Of a stretch of DNA of 64,000 nucleotides, positions 49,710 through 61,873 are shown piece by piece (the stretch's first letter is position 1; each line of letters opens with the position of its first letter). The notes beneath the pieces are model-generated. The model was given only the letters and a program-made list of their open reading frames with translations, made no database searches and was not told the origin of the DNA. The position numbers and the translations under genes were made by a program. The stretch covers positions 52,700,001 through 52,764,000 of the forward strand of contig NC_135824.1 of assembly GCF_964213995.1 (NCBI RefSeq), written 5' to 3'. The stretch is from Mustelus asterias (lineage: Eukaryota).

Positions 49710-52700
49710 CGCCTTTCTCAGGAGCTGAGGAACGGAGGCACTTAACGATAAGACGGCGCTTGTGAAATTATTCGGCTGGCATTACAAATGCCATAAGTTA
49801 TGACGAACTGAACGGAATACTTGGTTGGCCAATCATGTGGCTGAATAACACAATGTCGGCAAATAGAACACACGGGGATCATTTCCGCTGGGAGCACTGT
49901 TTCTTTTGCAAGTTTTTCCAAGGCCCCCTTCCCTGCTTTTTCTCGCTCCTACATCATTCCTTGTCTTCCTTTCTCCTTCTTTCCACCTACTATTGCCTTA
50001 TTGATCATCGTTCAGAGATGAATCCATTCAGTAGTAAATGAGCATGCGTGGCGCAGCATTGCCATCTGTTGCTTTAGAGGCTGTGTGAGGATGAGGAAAC
50101 AGCACATCAATCTCGCAATTGTTACGTTCAGAGCACGTCTACGGGCAGTGCATCTGTCGGGTGAATGCACTTGCATCTTTTTCCAGCAATTCTTTTTGTT
50201 CTGCGTTTGAGACTTACTCGGATTGCCAAGGAGTTCTCCCACAGGAAACATGTGTTAGGTTTTGGAAAGGCCGTGTTGGTCTGGCAAACGTATTTAAGAA
50301 TGGAGGGAGATAGACAACAGGAGACCACAGGCCAGTTGGCCTGACATCTGTTATTGGTGAAATCTTACAATTTGCAAACACATCATGCCATCAAGCAGAG
50401 TCTGCGTGGTTTTGTGAAATAAAGTTGCGTTTGACAATTTTATGAGGTATTTGAGGATGTGAGTGACGAGCAAAGTGGATAAAGAGCAACCACTAGACGT
50501 AGGGTGTTTTGATTTCCAATAGTAATTCCATAAGTGCCGCAAATAAAATATCTGCACAGCAGAAAAGCTGCGTTTATTTATTTACCCGTCTTAATTATCT
50601 TTCGTTGCTTCTGGACGGCAACAATACAGGATCGGGCCATTCGCACTTAATTTCGACAGAGTTTATTTAATTATTTGTGTGGCTGCTGCAAGTGGGGAGG
50701 CGATGGCCTTGTGGTGTTATCGTTAGACTCTTAGTCCAGGAACTCAGCTAACATTTTGGGGACCCGGGTTCGAATCCCGCGACGGCAGAATTTGAATTCA
50801 CTAAACAAATCTGAAATTAAAAATCCACCGATGACCATGAAACGATTGTCGGGAAACCCACCTGGTTCACTCATGCCCTTTAGGGAAGGAAATCTACCGT
50901 CCTTACCTTTCTGACATTTAAGTGACTCCAGAGCCGTATGGTCGACTCTCCACTGCCCTCCAAGGACACCTCAGGATAGGCTATAAATGCTGGCCCAGCC
51001 AGCGACGCCCATGTCCCACGAATAGATAAAAAAAATCCGCTCGCCCTGGCAAAGCGCAAAATGTATTATTTAACCGCTCCGACCCCTATATTCCCTTTTC
51101 GCACCCATGCCCCGCTTCACTAGCTCAAAACCTATTCCAGCTCTAACATTTCCCGGCGTGTTTTTGAAACTCATGCTATGTTTGATCTGGAGCCCGGACT
51201 TCAAACCTGGAGGGCATCGGAAGTTTCGAGCATGCGGATAATGATTGTGAACTGCGCATGCGTAGAGCCGTTTTCTAACTTTCTTTGGGGACCGGTGCAC
51301 CTTTGTATAACAATGAATCGTGTGGAGATGGGGCAGGGGGAGAGCCCAAATCAAAGTCCCAGGTAGAGACAGAGACTGGGGATAGAAACAGATACTGACT
51401 AAGCTAAGGCAAAATGAAGGAGCAGAGAAACAGCTATGAGTAACAACGTTTAATGGAAGTGGGCTTGAAAGAAGCTCGGATGATCAATGATGAATCAAGA
51501 GAAGGTCTGAAGGTCCAATAGGTCGCTGAAGTTTGATTACTCCATTGGGGCAGATGTAACCCTTTTGGAGAAGTTGCGTTTTGCTTGGCACAGCGGAATA
51601 TCAGGATCTGGGGTGTGAATTTGGTGTTTAAGTGTAGACTGGCGAATTCACTGGAATGGAATCTTGAGTTGGGATTGAAACTTGCAAAACGAATTGTCCT
51701 TGAAGCTGCCCATTTGCGAGCGAATCTTGGAGAGAATGCCCAAGGCAAGATCTTCAAATGTGTAGATTGGGAGCCTACACGATAGAAGCTGACGATGAGT
51801 GAGATTGGTTGGCTCGCCGTGCTTACTGATGTCTTGGTGGTTTGTTGAGAAATCCATGAACACTGTCTTGGTCGCATCTGCTATTTAGGTGTGGTGTCCG
51901 ACCACAGTTGACAGTAAACTGTCAACACCGAGGGTCAACCTTCTCAATCAACCCAACTCGCAAATCCCCGGACCACGGGAGAAAACCATTCGCGTGTACC
52001 TAATGTGTCTCCCCACTGCAAGTGTATGGAACATAAATTGTAATTTATTTAATCCCTTTGTCCATATGCAGTAACGTTTAATTTTGCTGTTCAAACACCA
52101 CGGGATCCTTGTGACTTTATTCACTGAGCAAATGCCTTGAATGTCAAACCTTGTCTACTTTAAACTCAACGTCATTGATCTCTGACCAACAGCCTGGTGG
52201 TCTGGCCAATGATTGTAACAAGCTTTACATAAGAAATAGAAGCAGGAGAATGCCATTTGTCTCACTGAGTATCCCCTGCCATTCCAGAAGGTAGCAATTG
52301 AGAATTCACCATATTGGCATGGAATTTGAGTCATACGAAGGCCTAAATAGGCAAGGACGTTAGACTTTCCTCCGTAAATAACATTATTGGACCAGACAGG
52401 TATTTCACACAATCAATAATAGAATAATAGTTACCATTACTGAAATTACCATTATTATGTAGGTTTAAACAATGGAATTCAAATTTGACCAATAACTTTG
52501 GAGGATTTAAACCCCAGTCCACCGGAGGATTAGTCTGGGTCTCTGGATTGCCAGTCCAGTGATGTTATCATCCCACCATCACCTCAAGGTTTCCGCACTG
52601 ATTACAGGTATGATAGACTTCAGATGTGTGAATGGCCTTGTTATTTTTATAGAAGGAAATGTCGAGTGGATACTTGAGGAAATTGTTCAGAAGTGGACAG

Positions 52701-53982
52701 AGTAGATCAGAAGATATTAAATCCCCCAAGTTCAGGGGCTATTCGGGATGGAAAACAGTCGCCCATATCCCACCAAAGAATCCATCTCTACCATCTCCAA
52801 TGCCTTCATATCTTTTTCAATATTTTTGCCCAAGATTGGACAGAGTAGTCCAAAAGAAGCCAAAAATCTTCTGGATATTACTAATTACTTGTCTGGACTA
52901 TCAGTTCCTTTGTCGTTAAGCGGAAGAACAGGTCGAACATTTTGGAAATTGTGCTTTTAAGACCTTTGAGTACCAGCGGAGGTTTTCGGTTGGTTTGTTT
53001 ATCATTATCTCTTCAGTAGCGCTCGTTACACGCATTGAGACTTCAACCAATAAACCTCTGGCCAGGAGTGTAAATGATACCAACTGAGCCACGGTTGACC
53101 CTCAGAGTTAGTAATGTATAGGATTAATGGGCATTCCAACGTCCATTTGCAACCACGGCCGGGTGCCGGGTGATTTGATAGAAGCTCCCCATTCTTCCAA
53201 GAAGGAGGCCACGAGATCCATCGTTCCCGAATTATCCATTCTCCCTTTTCTGAAAAGTAACTGCTTATGGGATCATAGAATTATAGAATCCCTACAGTGC
53301 GGAAGGAGGCCATTCAGCCCATCAGTTCTGCACCGACCACAATCCCACCCAGACCCTATCCCCATAACCCCATGCATTTACCCTAGCGAGTCCCCCTGAC
53401 ACTAAGGGGCAACTGAGCATGGCCAATCCACCTAACCCGCACAGTTTTGGACTTCACGATGTATCTGATTCAATAGTGAACACGAGTGTTAATTTCACGC
53501 AGTAGAGTTACATCAAAACCATCCCTTTCCTAATAAAAGACCCTCATTATTGTAAATAACTTTCGTTCTTATATTTTCCCTGCTTTGGGAAAAGCAATCC
53601 CAGTTCCGCTCGTCTCTCCATGTAACTAAAGATGCTTCACGCTGGTACCTTTCTGATCAATACCCCTTCCTTTAAGCAGAATAATTGCATCTTCTCATAT
53701 TTAACCAGCAAACTGACATGACTGGTAACATTCCGGGAAATCTCTTCTGCTCTTCTACTCTTCCTGTCGTTCCTTCCTAGTTTGTTAAATTCTGGTTTGC
53801 TTTCGTTCTTTCTTTCTATTTTTCGTCCACACTTCCCTGCACTGCTTCTTTCTTTCAATCTTTCCTGCTTTAACCTGTCGTTTTCACTCTCTCCTTGTTA
53901 AAAAGGGCACGCAGTCTGTAAAATAAACACACACTGACGCAATGGTTTCATTCACAGGTGTTTCCTGTTGCCTTTGTTCAAC

Positions 53983-54021
53983 AGTTTTTGTTGAACTGCT
54001 CCATCTCTCTGAGTCACTGTG
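53983..54021 (-). other. 23-RSS of Vc2
   Basis: CACAGTG (54021-54015), 23 nt, ACAAAAACT (53991-53983). Confidence 0.94.
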
Positions 54022-54582
54022 AAGACTCCAGGCGCAATAATACACGGCCGAATGATTCACCCGCAGGCTGGAGGATTCCAGGTTGAACTCGGAGCCAGTC
54101 GGTCGCTTGGCGGTGAAACTGTCCATCGTCCCCTTTGGATTCACGTCTTGCACAGCTGCGGAGTAAAACATCAACTGGGGCTCCTTGCCGGGGTGTTGCC
54201 TGTACCAGAACCTCCTACCAGCGTTGCTGCCCTCCACGGTGCATTTCAGAACCACTCCCTTCCCGGGATGTTTCGAGACAGCAGCGGGAAACTGGAGGAA
54301 ATTCTCTGAGTTCACGCCTGAGTGAAGTACGGGAGAGAAAGAAGTCAATAAACAGACATTCCCGTAGTGGGGAGAGCGAAAAGGGAATGAATGATAAAAG
54401 CGACAAAGGCAACAGAGAGACAGAAAGTGAGGAAGATGGAGGGGGACGGCGGGGGGGGGGGGGGGGGGGGGGGTGGGGGGGTGGGGGGGGGGGGTGGGGG
54501 CGGGGAGGGGTGGTGGAGCACGACTTTCTGAGTAAATATGCTTACAATGAAATAAAATCGCCAAGCCCAGGACCAGGTACAT
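54022..54582 (-). CDS. TRBV: TCR beta V segment Vc2, TRBV30-like. Leader 54582-54546, V exon 54317-54022
   Basis: Leader MYLVLGLAILFH followed by GTAAG. V exon ENFLQFP...CTVEG...QLMFYS...YYCAWSL. Confidence 0.92.
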
Positions 54583-57500
54583 CTTTTGCTTGACACCTCC
54601 CGCCTAATAACGGAAGAAATTAATCCAGGAGCGCTGAGTCTAGTGAGGAGCCAATCAGGTGTTCTAAACTACTGAGGAAACGATCAAGATCGCAAGGTAA
54701 TGAGGACCATTTCGACACGCCCCTTCCAACCAATCAAAATTTATATAATTGATAATTTCCTATTGCCCTTCCTATATTTGCTACGCAAATGCAATTAAAC
54801 ACAACTTCATAATAGCCAGAAGTGTATTTACCGATTTAATTATATTTGGATCGTTTCCATTTGATCATATGGGCAGCACGTTGGCACAATGGTTAGCACT
54901 GCTGCCTCACAGCGCCAGGGACCCGGGTTCGATTCCCGGCTTAGGTCACTGTCGGTGTGGAGTTTGCACGTTCTCCCCGTGTCTGCGTGGGTTTCCTCCA
55001 GGTGCTCTGGTTTCCTCCCACAGTCTGAAAGACGTGCTGGTTAGGTGCATTGACCCGAACAAGCGGCGGAGTGTGGCGACTGGGGGAATTTCGCAGTAAC
55101 TCCATTGCAGTGTTAATGTAAGCCTTACTTGTGACTAATAAATAAACTTTAACTTTAAAATACGTAACAGATTCGATGGGCTGAATGGCTTTGCTTGTTC
55201 CGATGGAACTGGCTGGGGGGGATGCTCTTGAGATTGGTTGAATTACCTTGGTCTTCCGTGTAACAGCCTCGGGAAGGGCTAAACGTCTCCCCCTTTTCCA
55301 TTGTATCAGGCTCGATTGGGGATGCATGGTCACCTCCTCTTCCTTTGTAACAAGTTCGAGGGGCTGAATGGCCTCACCCTGTTCCTTGGTAGCAGGCTCG
55401 AGAGAGCCTCATCCCGGTCCGTCGACATACGTTTTCAGTCACTGAAGTCTCTGCTTGTCAAAGAACGCCCCCTTCTCTCCCTGTGGGGAAAGAACCCGCT
55501 GCCAGTGGATCAAGAGAAAATCTTGTGTTATTCTCCCCTTCTTTCTTTGTACCATTTGGTCATTGGTTCATTCTTGCCTTGTCCCTTTGTTTCTTCCTAA
55601 CTTTCCTCCCTGCTGAAGCAAGTCGTTTTGTCCATCTCATTAGTAACGCACAACTGGATTGTAGAATGTCTAACACATTCCTCCTCCTAATGGACTAGGA
55701 GTGACATTTCTAAGTGACATTTAAAAAATAACTGGAAGCACTCAGCAGGTCAGGGAGTCTCTGTGGAGAGAAAAACCGAGTTAATAGTTCAGACCAGTGA
55801 CATTTCATCAGAACTGATATTCCTTTCTCCCTCATCTGTTTATCCAGCTCCACAAATCATTACAAACCAATAGGACAAAAAGGATCATGAAATGTTTTCC
55901 AAAGATAAATTTTGCATCCAGGAAACTGGAATACAGTTCCAAAATGGAGGAAGTCCTACTTGAGTTGTTACAGAACTCCGGGCAGCTGGAACACCTCGTT
56001 CAGTTTTAAGCAGCACATTTAGCAAAGGTGATTGGGGCTTAGAGAGAATGCACAGTGGAATATACTGAATAATTTTGGAGCTTAAAGAGTTAAATCATGA
56101 GGACAGTTCATAAAAGGTTGCCTGCACTCCGCTGTGTATAAAGAATTAAGGAGTGAACTCATTAAGTTATTTTTAGCCCGTTTCAAAATGGTTGATAATG
56201 TGGAAATAACAATATAATTTCCTCTGGTGCCGTCAAGATCAAAGACGGATAATCCCAAAATTAAAGACAACGTCTTCAGACCATAACACCTGGGGAAACG
56301 TAAAGTTTAAAATTTATTTATGATGTGGAGATGCCGGTGTTGGACTGGGGTGGTTAGAGCAAAAAGTCTCAAACACCAGGTTAAACTCCAACAGGTTTAT
56401 TTGGAATCAAGAGCTCTCGGAGTGTTGCTCCTTCCTCAGGTGAATGTTGATATGCGCGATCTTCTTGGAGGTCCTCTCCTCTTTGAGACGGCGGTTTGCC
56501 GTGTCAGTAGTAGCCATGATGTGGGGATGCCGGAGTTGGACTGGGGTGGGCACAGTAAGAAGGCTCACAGCACCATATTAAAGCCCAACAGGTTTATTTG
56601 GAATCACGAGCTTTCGGAGCGCTGTTCCATCCTCAAGTGAGTGACACACTCACTTTGACTTTAACCTGGTGTTGTGAGACTTCCTAAAGTTTAATTGTTA
56701 GCGTTACAAATATTAACTCTGCAATGAAGTTACTGTGAAAACCCACTAGTCGCCACACTCCGGTGCCTGCTTGTGTACACACAGGGAGTATTTAGCATGA
56801 TCAATGCACCCGTGCCAGCACGTCTTTCAGACTGTGGGAGGAAAGCGGAGCACCCGGAGGAAACCCACGCAGACTCGGGGGGAACGTGCAGACTCCACAC
56901 AGACAGTGACTCAAGCACGGGAATCGTACCCGGATCCCTGGCGCTGTGAGGCAGCAGCGCATGTCACTGTGCCAAGGTGTGCAGTTCAAATTCAAATGAT
57001 AATTCTGAATTTGAAAGCTACTCTCAGTAATGGTGCCCATGAAACTATCACGGTATATTGTAAATACCCACCTGGTTCACTAATGTCCCTGTAGGGAAGG
57101 AAATCTGCCGTCCTCACGACCGACACGTCACTCCGGATCCACAGCAATGTGCTTGACTTCTAACTGCGCTAATGGTCTATCAAGCCCATCATTTCAAGGG
57201 CAATTAGGTATGGGCAACAAATCCTGACCTTGCCGTCGGCACCCACATTAAACCAAATATTTTAAAAAACGTCTTTATTCAAAAGGTAGTGGAAGTGTGG
57301 AACATCCACCAGATACATCACTGTCTTATGCTCACGGTTTCCTCAATGATTTGTGATGAAGAGTTAAACGGACTCGAAACGTTAAATATTTTTCTCTCAC
57401 GACAGATGCTGCCAGACCTGCTGAGGCTTCCCAGCTTTCTCTGTTTTGCTCCTGAACTATTTGTTTTGCTCAGAATCAAATTCACCCACACGTGGAAACC

Positions 57501-58793
57501 AACTCCCCCTGCTGGCTGAATTTGCTCACTCCCTCAGCAATAGGATGTACTGAAATTCGACTCCAGCAGCATCCCCTTCTATTTCTCTCTTCCACGTGTC
57601 TTTATGCAACTTCTCCTGAAAAGCAAATACGCTACTCACCCCAGTCCAAGTTCTGAAGCAGCGAGGTTCGCAATCCACATTCTTAAAAGTATTGAAAGGC
57701 TGAGGGAACTGGGTGTACAGGTACACAAGTCACTGACAGTGGCAACGCAGGTGGAGAAGGTAGTCAAGCAGGCATACGGCATGCTTGCCTTCATCAGTCG
57801 GGTCATTGAGTTTAAAAATTGGCAAGTCATGTTGCAGCTTTATAGAACCTTAGTTAGGCCGCACTTGGAATATAGTGTTCAATTCTGGTCGCCACGTTAC
57901 CAGAAGGATGTGGAGGCTTTGGAGAGGGTGCAGAAAAGATTTATCAGGATGTTGCCTGGTATGGAGGGCATTAGCTATGAGGAGAGGTTGGAGAAACTTA
58001 GGTTGTTCTCACTGGAACGACGGAGGTTGAGGGGCGACCTGAGAGAAGTCTACAAGATTATGAGGGGCATGGACAGATGGATAGTCAGAAGCTTCTTCCC
58101 AGGGTGGAAGAGTCAATTACTAGGGGGAATAGGTTTAAGGTGCGAGGGGCAAGGTTTAAAGGAGGTGCACGAGGCAAGTGTTTTACACAGAGGGTGGTGG
58201 ATGCCGGGGGAGGTAGTGGAACGAGATACGAAAGTGACATTTATGGGACGTCCTGACAAATACATGAATAGGATGGGAATAGAGGGATACGGTCTCCAGA
58301 AGGGTAGGGGGTTTTATTTCAGCCGGGCAGCATGGTGGGTGCAGGCTTGGAGGGCCAAAGGGCCTGTTCCTGTGCTGTAATGTTTTTGATCTTCGTTCTT
58401 TGTTGTATAAACAATTTCTACACAATTCCCAGTTAAATGTATGAATGCCGATCTTTTATTTATGAGGCCTGGTGTTGGTCTTTCACTAAAGTGAAAATAT
58501 GTTCCCTCTGTCTAATCCATTCAACCTCCAAATTATCTATCAGGTCCACTTCAAACTTCTCTTCAGTCGAAACGAATATGGGCAGTCTTCCCAATAAGTT
58601 ACAATCCCTCAGTTCTGGGAACATCCTTGCGAATATTCCCTTTCACCTCTTCCAGTGTTCCTCAAACTAATCGGTCATTTTCATTGTAACCCTTGACTTT
58701 TATTGTCAATCACATGTTCACTCGACAAGACAACATGGTGAGGCGAACCACCGCGCAGAGTTGTCAGCGAAAGCTGTTTCCTGCTGCCTTTGG

Positions 58794-58832
58794 GGTTTTT
58801 GTTGAGCTGCTCCATCTCTCTGAGCCACTGTG
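58794..58832 (-). other. 23-RSS of Vd2 (consensus)
   Basis: CACAGTG (58832-58826), 23 nt, ACAAAAACC (58802-58794). Confidence 0.95.
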
Positions 58833-59308
58833 ACTACTCCAGGCGCAGTAATACACGGCCGAGTGATTCGCCAGCAGGCTGGTGGCATTCAGCTTGAACT
58901 CATTGATATTCGGTCTCACGGCGGTGAAGCCGTCCACCGTCCCTTCTGAATTCACGCTTTGTGCGGATAAAGAATAAAACATCAGCTGCAGCCCGCTGCC
59001 CGGATATTGTCTGTACCAGTACATGTAACCGCTACTGGCTCCCTTAGCTTCACAATCCAATTTCACTCCATCCCCAACGAGTTTGGAGACAGCGGCGGGG
59101 GTCTGATGGACCTGCACTGAGTTCACATCTGGAAAAGAAATGGGGTGGGTAGGAGGTTAATAAATAGTGAAATTCTGGTGGTGAAACAGCAAAAGGAAAT
59201 AAAAGAAAACACTTGAGGGAGAAGGAAAGGAAATCATGAGAGATTGTTGTCCAGAGAAAAACATGACTTACATTGAAATAACACCGCGAGGCCTAGTAAC
59301 ACATACAT
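58833..59308 (-). CDS. TRBV: TCR beta V segment Vd2, TRBV30-like. Leader 59308-59272, V exon 59128-58833
   Basis: Leader MYVLLGLAVLFQ followed by GTAAGT. V exon VQVHQTP...LDCEAKG...YYCAWSS is open. Confidence 0.92.
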
Positions 59309-61056
59309 CTTTAATGTTAACCTTTTGTTGTGTTCGAAAAATATGCGGTAACACTCGAGACCAGTATTCTGGTGAGTCAACTCGGCGTCTGTCAAATCAT
59401 TGAGAAAACCTGAAGGGCCAAAGGGAACCCCACCCTCCCTGGCAGAAAGACACGCCCTATCCGCAGTATTTTCCCTTTGGACAAAATGTGACATCGCCCT
59501 AAGCAATTTAGAGTGGCGCATCTTCTCACTGGCGAGAGGATCTGTGGCGAAGGAAAAGAATTCAGCGCCCTAATTAACTAAAACCAGGCAGGCCTGGACA
59601 AAAAGGAATTCAAATTCTAATCGAATGCTCGCATTTGCGCCACGGAAACTGGGATATCAATGCGGCGAAGTTTCCTTAAATTGTAACTGAACTCTAGAAC
59701 ACTGGGCTCAGATCTGGGAAGGCACATCCAAACCAACGACATAACACCCACATCCAGGGGCGGCACGGTGGGCACAGTGGTTAGCATTGCTTCCTCACAG
59801 CGCCGGGGTCCCAAGTTGAAATCGCGGCTTGGGTCACTGTCTATGTGGAGTTTGCACGTTCTTCCCGTGTCTATCTGAGTTCTCTCTGGGTGCTCCGGTT
59901 ACCGCCCACAGTCCGAAAGATGTGCTGGTTCGGTGTATTGGACATGCGAAATTCTCTCTCAGTGTACCCGAACAGGCGACGGGTGGATTTTCACAGTAAC
60001 TTCATTGTAGTGTTAATGTAAGCCTACTTGTGACACTAGTAAATAAAGAAGGACGTAGGGATTGCTAGGAAGGATTGCAAAATAGATTCACCAGCATGAT
60101 ATGGGGGCTTGTTTTACAATCCCGGGCGTCGCTGACAAGGGCACGAAATGTTGCGCATCCCGAATTGCCCTTAAAAAGTGAGTGGTATTCCAGAGGGCAG
60201 TTAAGAGTCAACCACATTGATCTGACGTCAAATGCTTTTACAATAATCGACAATTATTCCGCGGTCACCATTACTTAGACCGGCTTTCAATTCCAAACTT
60301 CGTTTTTTGTTAATTCAATTCAAATTCCATTGGCTGGGAAGGTGAGTCCTGAACATTGCCCGCAAGAGCCCGAACTGCTGCACTAGTCGCCCAGTGACAG
60401 TAATACTACACCACGGGCTGCACCGACATCAACCAAGAAATCATAAAGACAAGTTCCTTCAGCTTGTCTGCCTTCCCTTGTGTTCAGGAGGTTGAGGGAG
60501 GGGTGAACTGATTTGCATTTTTAGTATTTTAGAAGGAGAATTTGAGGTCAACTGAATAATGTACTGCAGAGTTGGGAGACAGCACCATACACTGTCACAA
60601 TTAGAATCATAGAAACTCTACAGTGCAGAAAGAGGCCACCTGGCCCTTCGAGCCTGCACCGACCACAATCTCACCCTGGATCTACCCGCTAATCCCTCTA
60701 ACCTCCGCATCTCAGGACATTTAGGGGCAATTTTAGCATGGCCAATCAACCTAACCCGCACATCTTTGGACTGTGGAAGGAAACCGGAGCACCCGGAGGA
60801 AATCCATGCAGACACGAGGAGAATGTACAAACTCCACACAGACAGTGACCCAAGCTGGGAATCGAACCCAGGTCCCTGGAGCTGTGAAGCAGTAGTGCTA
60901 ACCACTGTGCTACCGTGCCGCAATAAGGGCCGAACCATTCAGAGGGGAGGTCACGAAACATTCCTTCACACAAACGGTAGGGGAATTCTGGAACACTTTC
61001 CCCCACAGAGAATGGTCGAAGGCTGATGCTCAATTGGACATTTCAAGACTAAGATT

Positions 61057-61288
61057 CATAGAAGAAATCATAGAAACCCTACAGTGCAGAAGGAGGCCAT
61101 TCGGCCCATCGAGTCTGCACCGACCACAATCCCACCCAGGCCCCACCCCCACATATTTTACCCACTAATCCCTCTAACCTACGCATCCCAGGACTCTAAG
61201 GGACAATTTTTTAAACCTGGCCAATCAACCTAACCCGCACATCTTTGGACTGTGGGAGGAAACCGGAGCACCCGGAGGAAACCCACGC
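61057..61288 (-). mobile_element. 5'-truncated HE1-like SINE present only in unit 2
   Basis: Empty site aagactaagattggtatagg at 45261-45280. Confidence 0.9.
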
Positions 61289-61873
61289 TGGTATAGGTTT
61301 CTTGGTTAGTGCGTTGAAAAATGTGGGCTAAAGGTGAGCGAGTATCGATCAGCTATGATCTCATTGTAAAGCATTGCGGTAATGTCACTCGACTGGTAAT
61401 CCAGAGGTTAATGTTCCTCGGGATATGGGCCCATATCCAACCACGGCAGTTGGTGAAATTTCAATCCAATACATTAGTACCTATCTGGAACCGTGAGCAA
61501 GGAAACATCAAGCTGCTTGCCACCTACTGCCAGCAACCCACTCTGCAATGATAAATCAATTCTCATCCATGTCGGAATGTCTGTTGGCATTCTCAGTCTG
61601 GCAAGAGCGCTCACTGCAACCTGGATGGGGATTTTGAAATCCCAGCAACATTGCAGCTTGGTAGCACCTTCATTGGCCCAATCGGAAAGATCATAGCTGA
61701 TAGGCTGAAGCTGCAAGAGGTGTTGAGAGGACCAATAAGAGAGCCAAGCCTATTCGACTTAATCCTTACCAAGTCACAATACTAATGGATTGCAAAAAGA
61801 TCTGGTGGATCAAAACAGAGCATCCATGAGGCATGGTGGGTCACCGGCAGCAGTAGAATGCTGCCGGTGTAGG

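Larger units (their letters stand above)
45850..61873. repeat. Tandem segmental duplication, unit 2 (~16.02 kb)
   Basis: Same genes and repeats in the same order as unit 1; many near-identical ORF-track translations. Confidence 0.93.
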
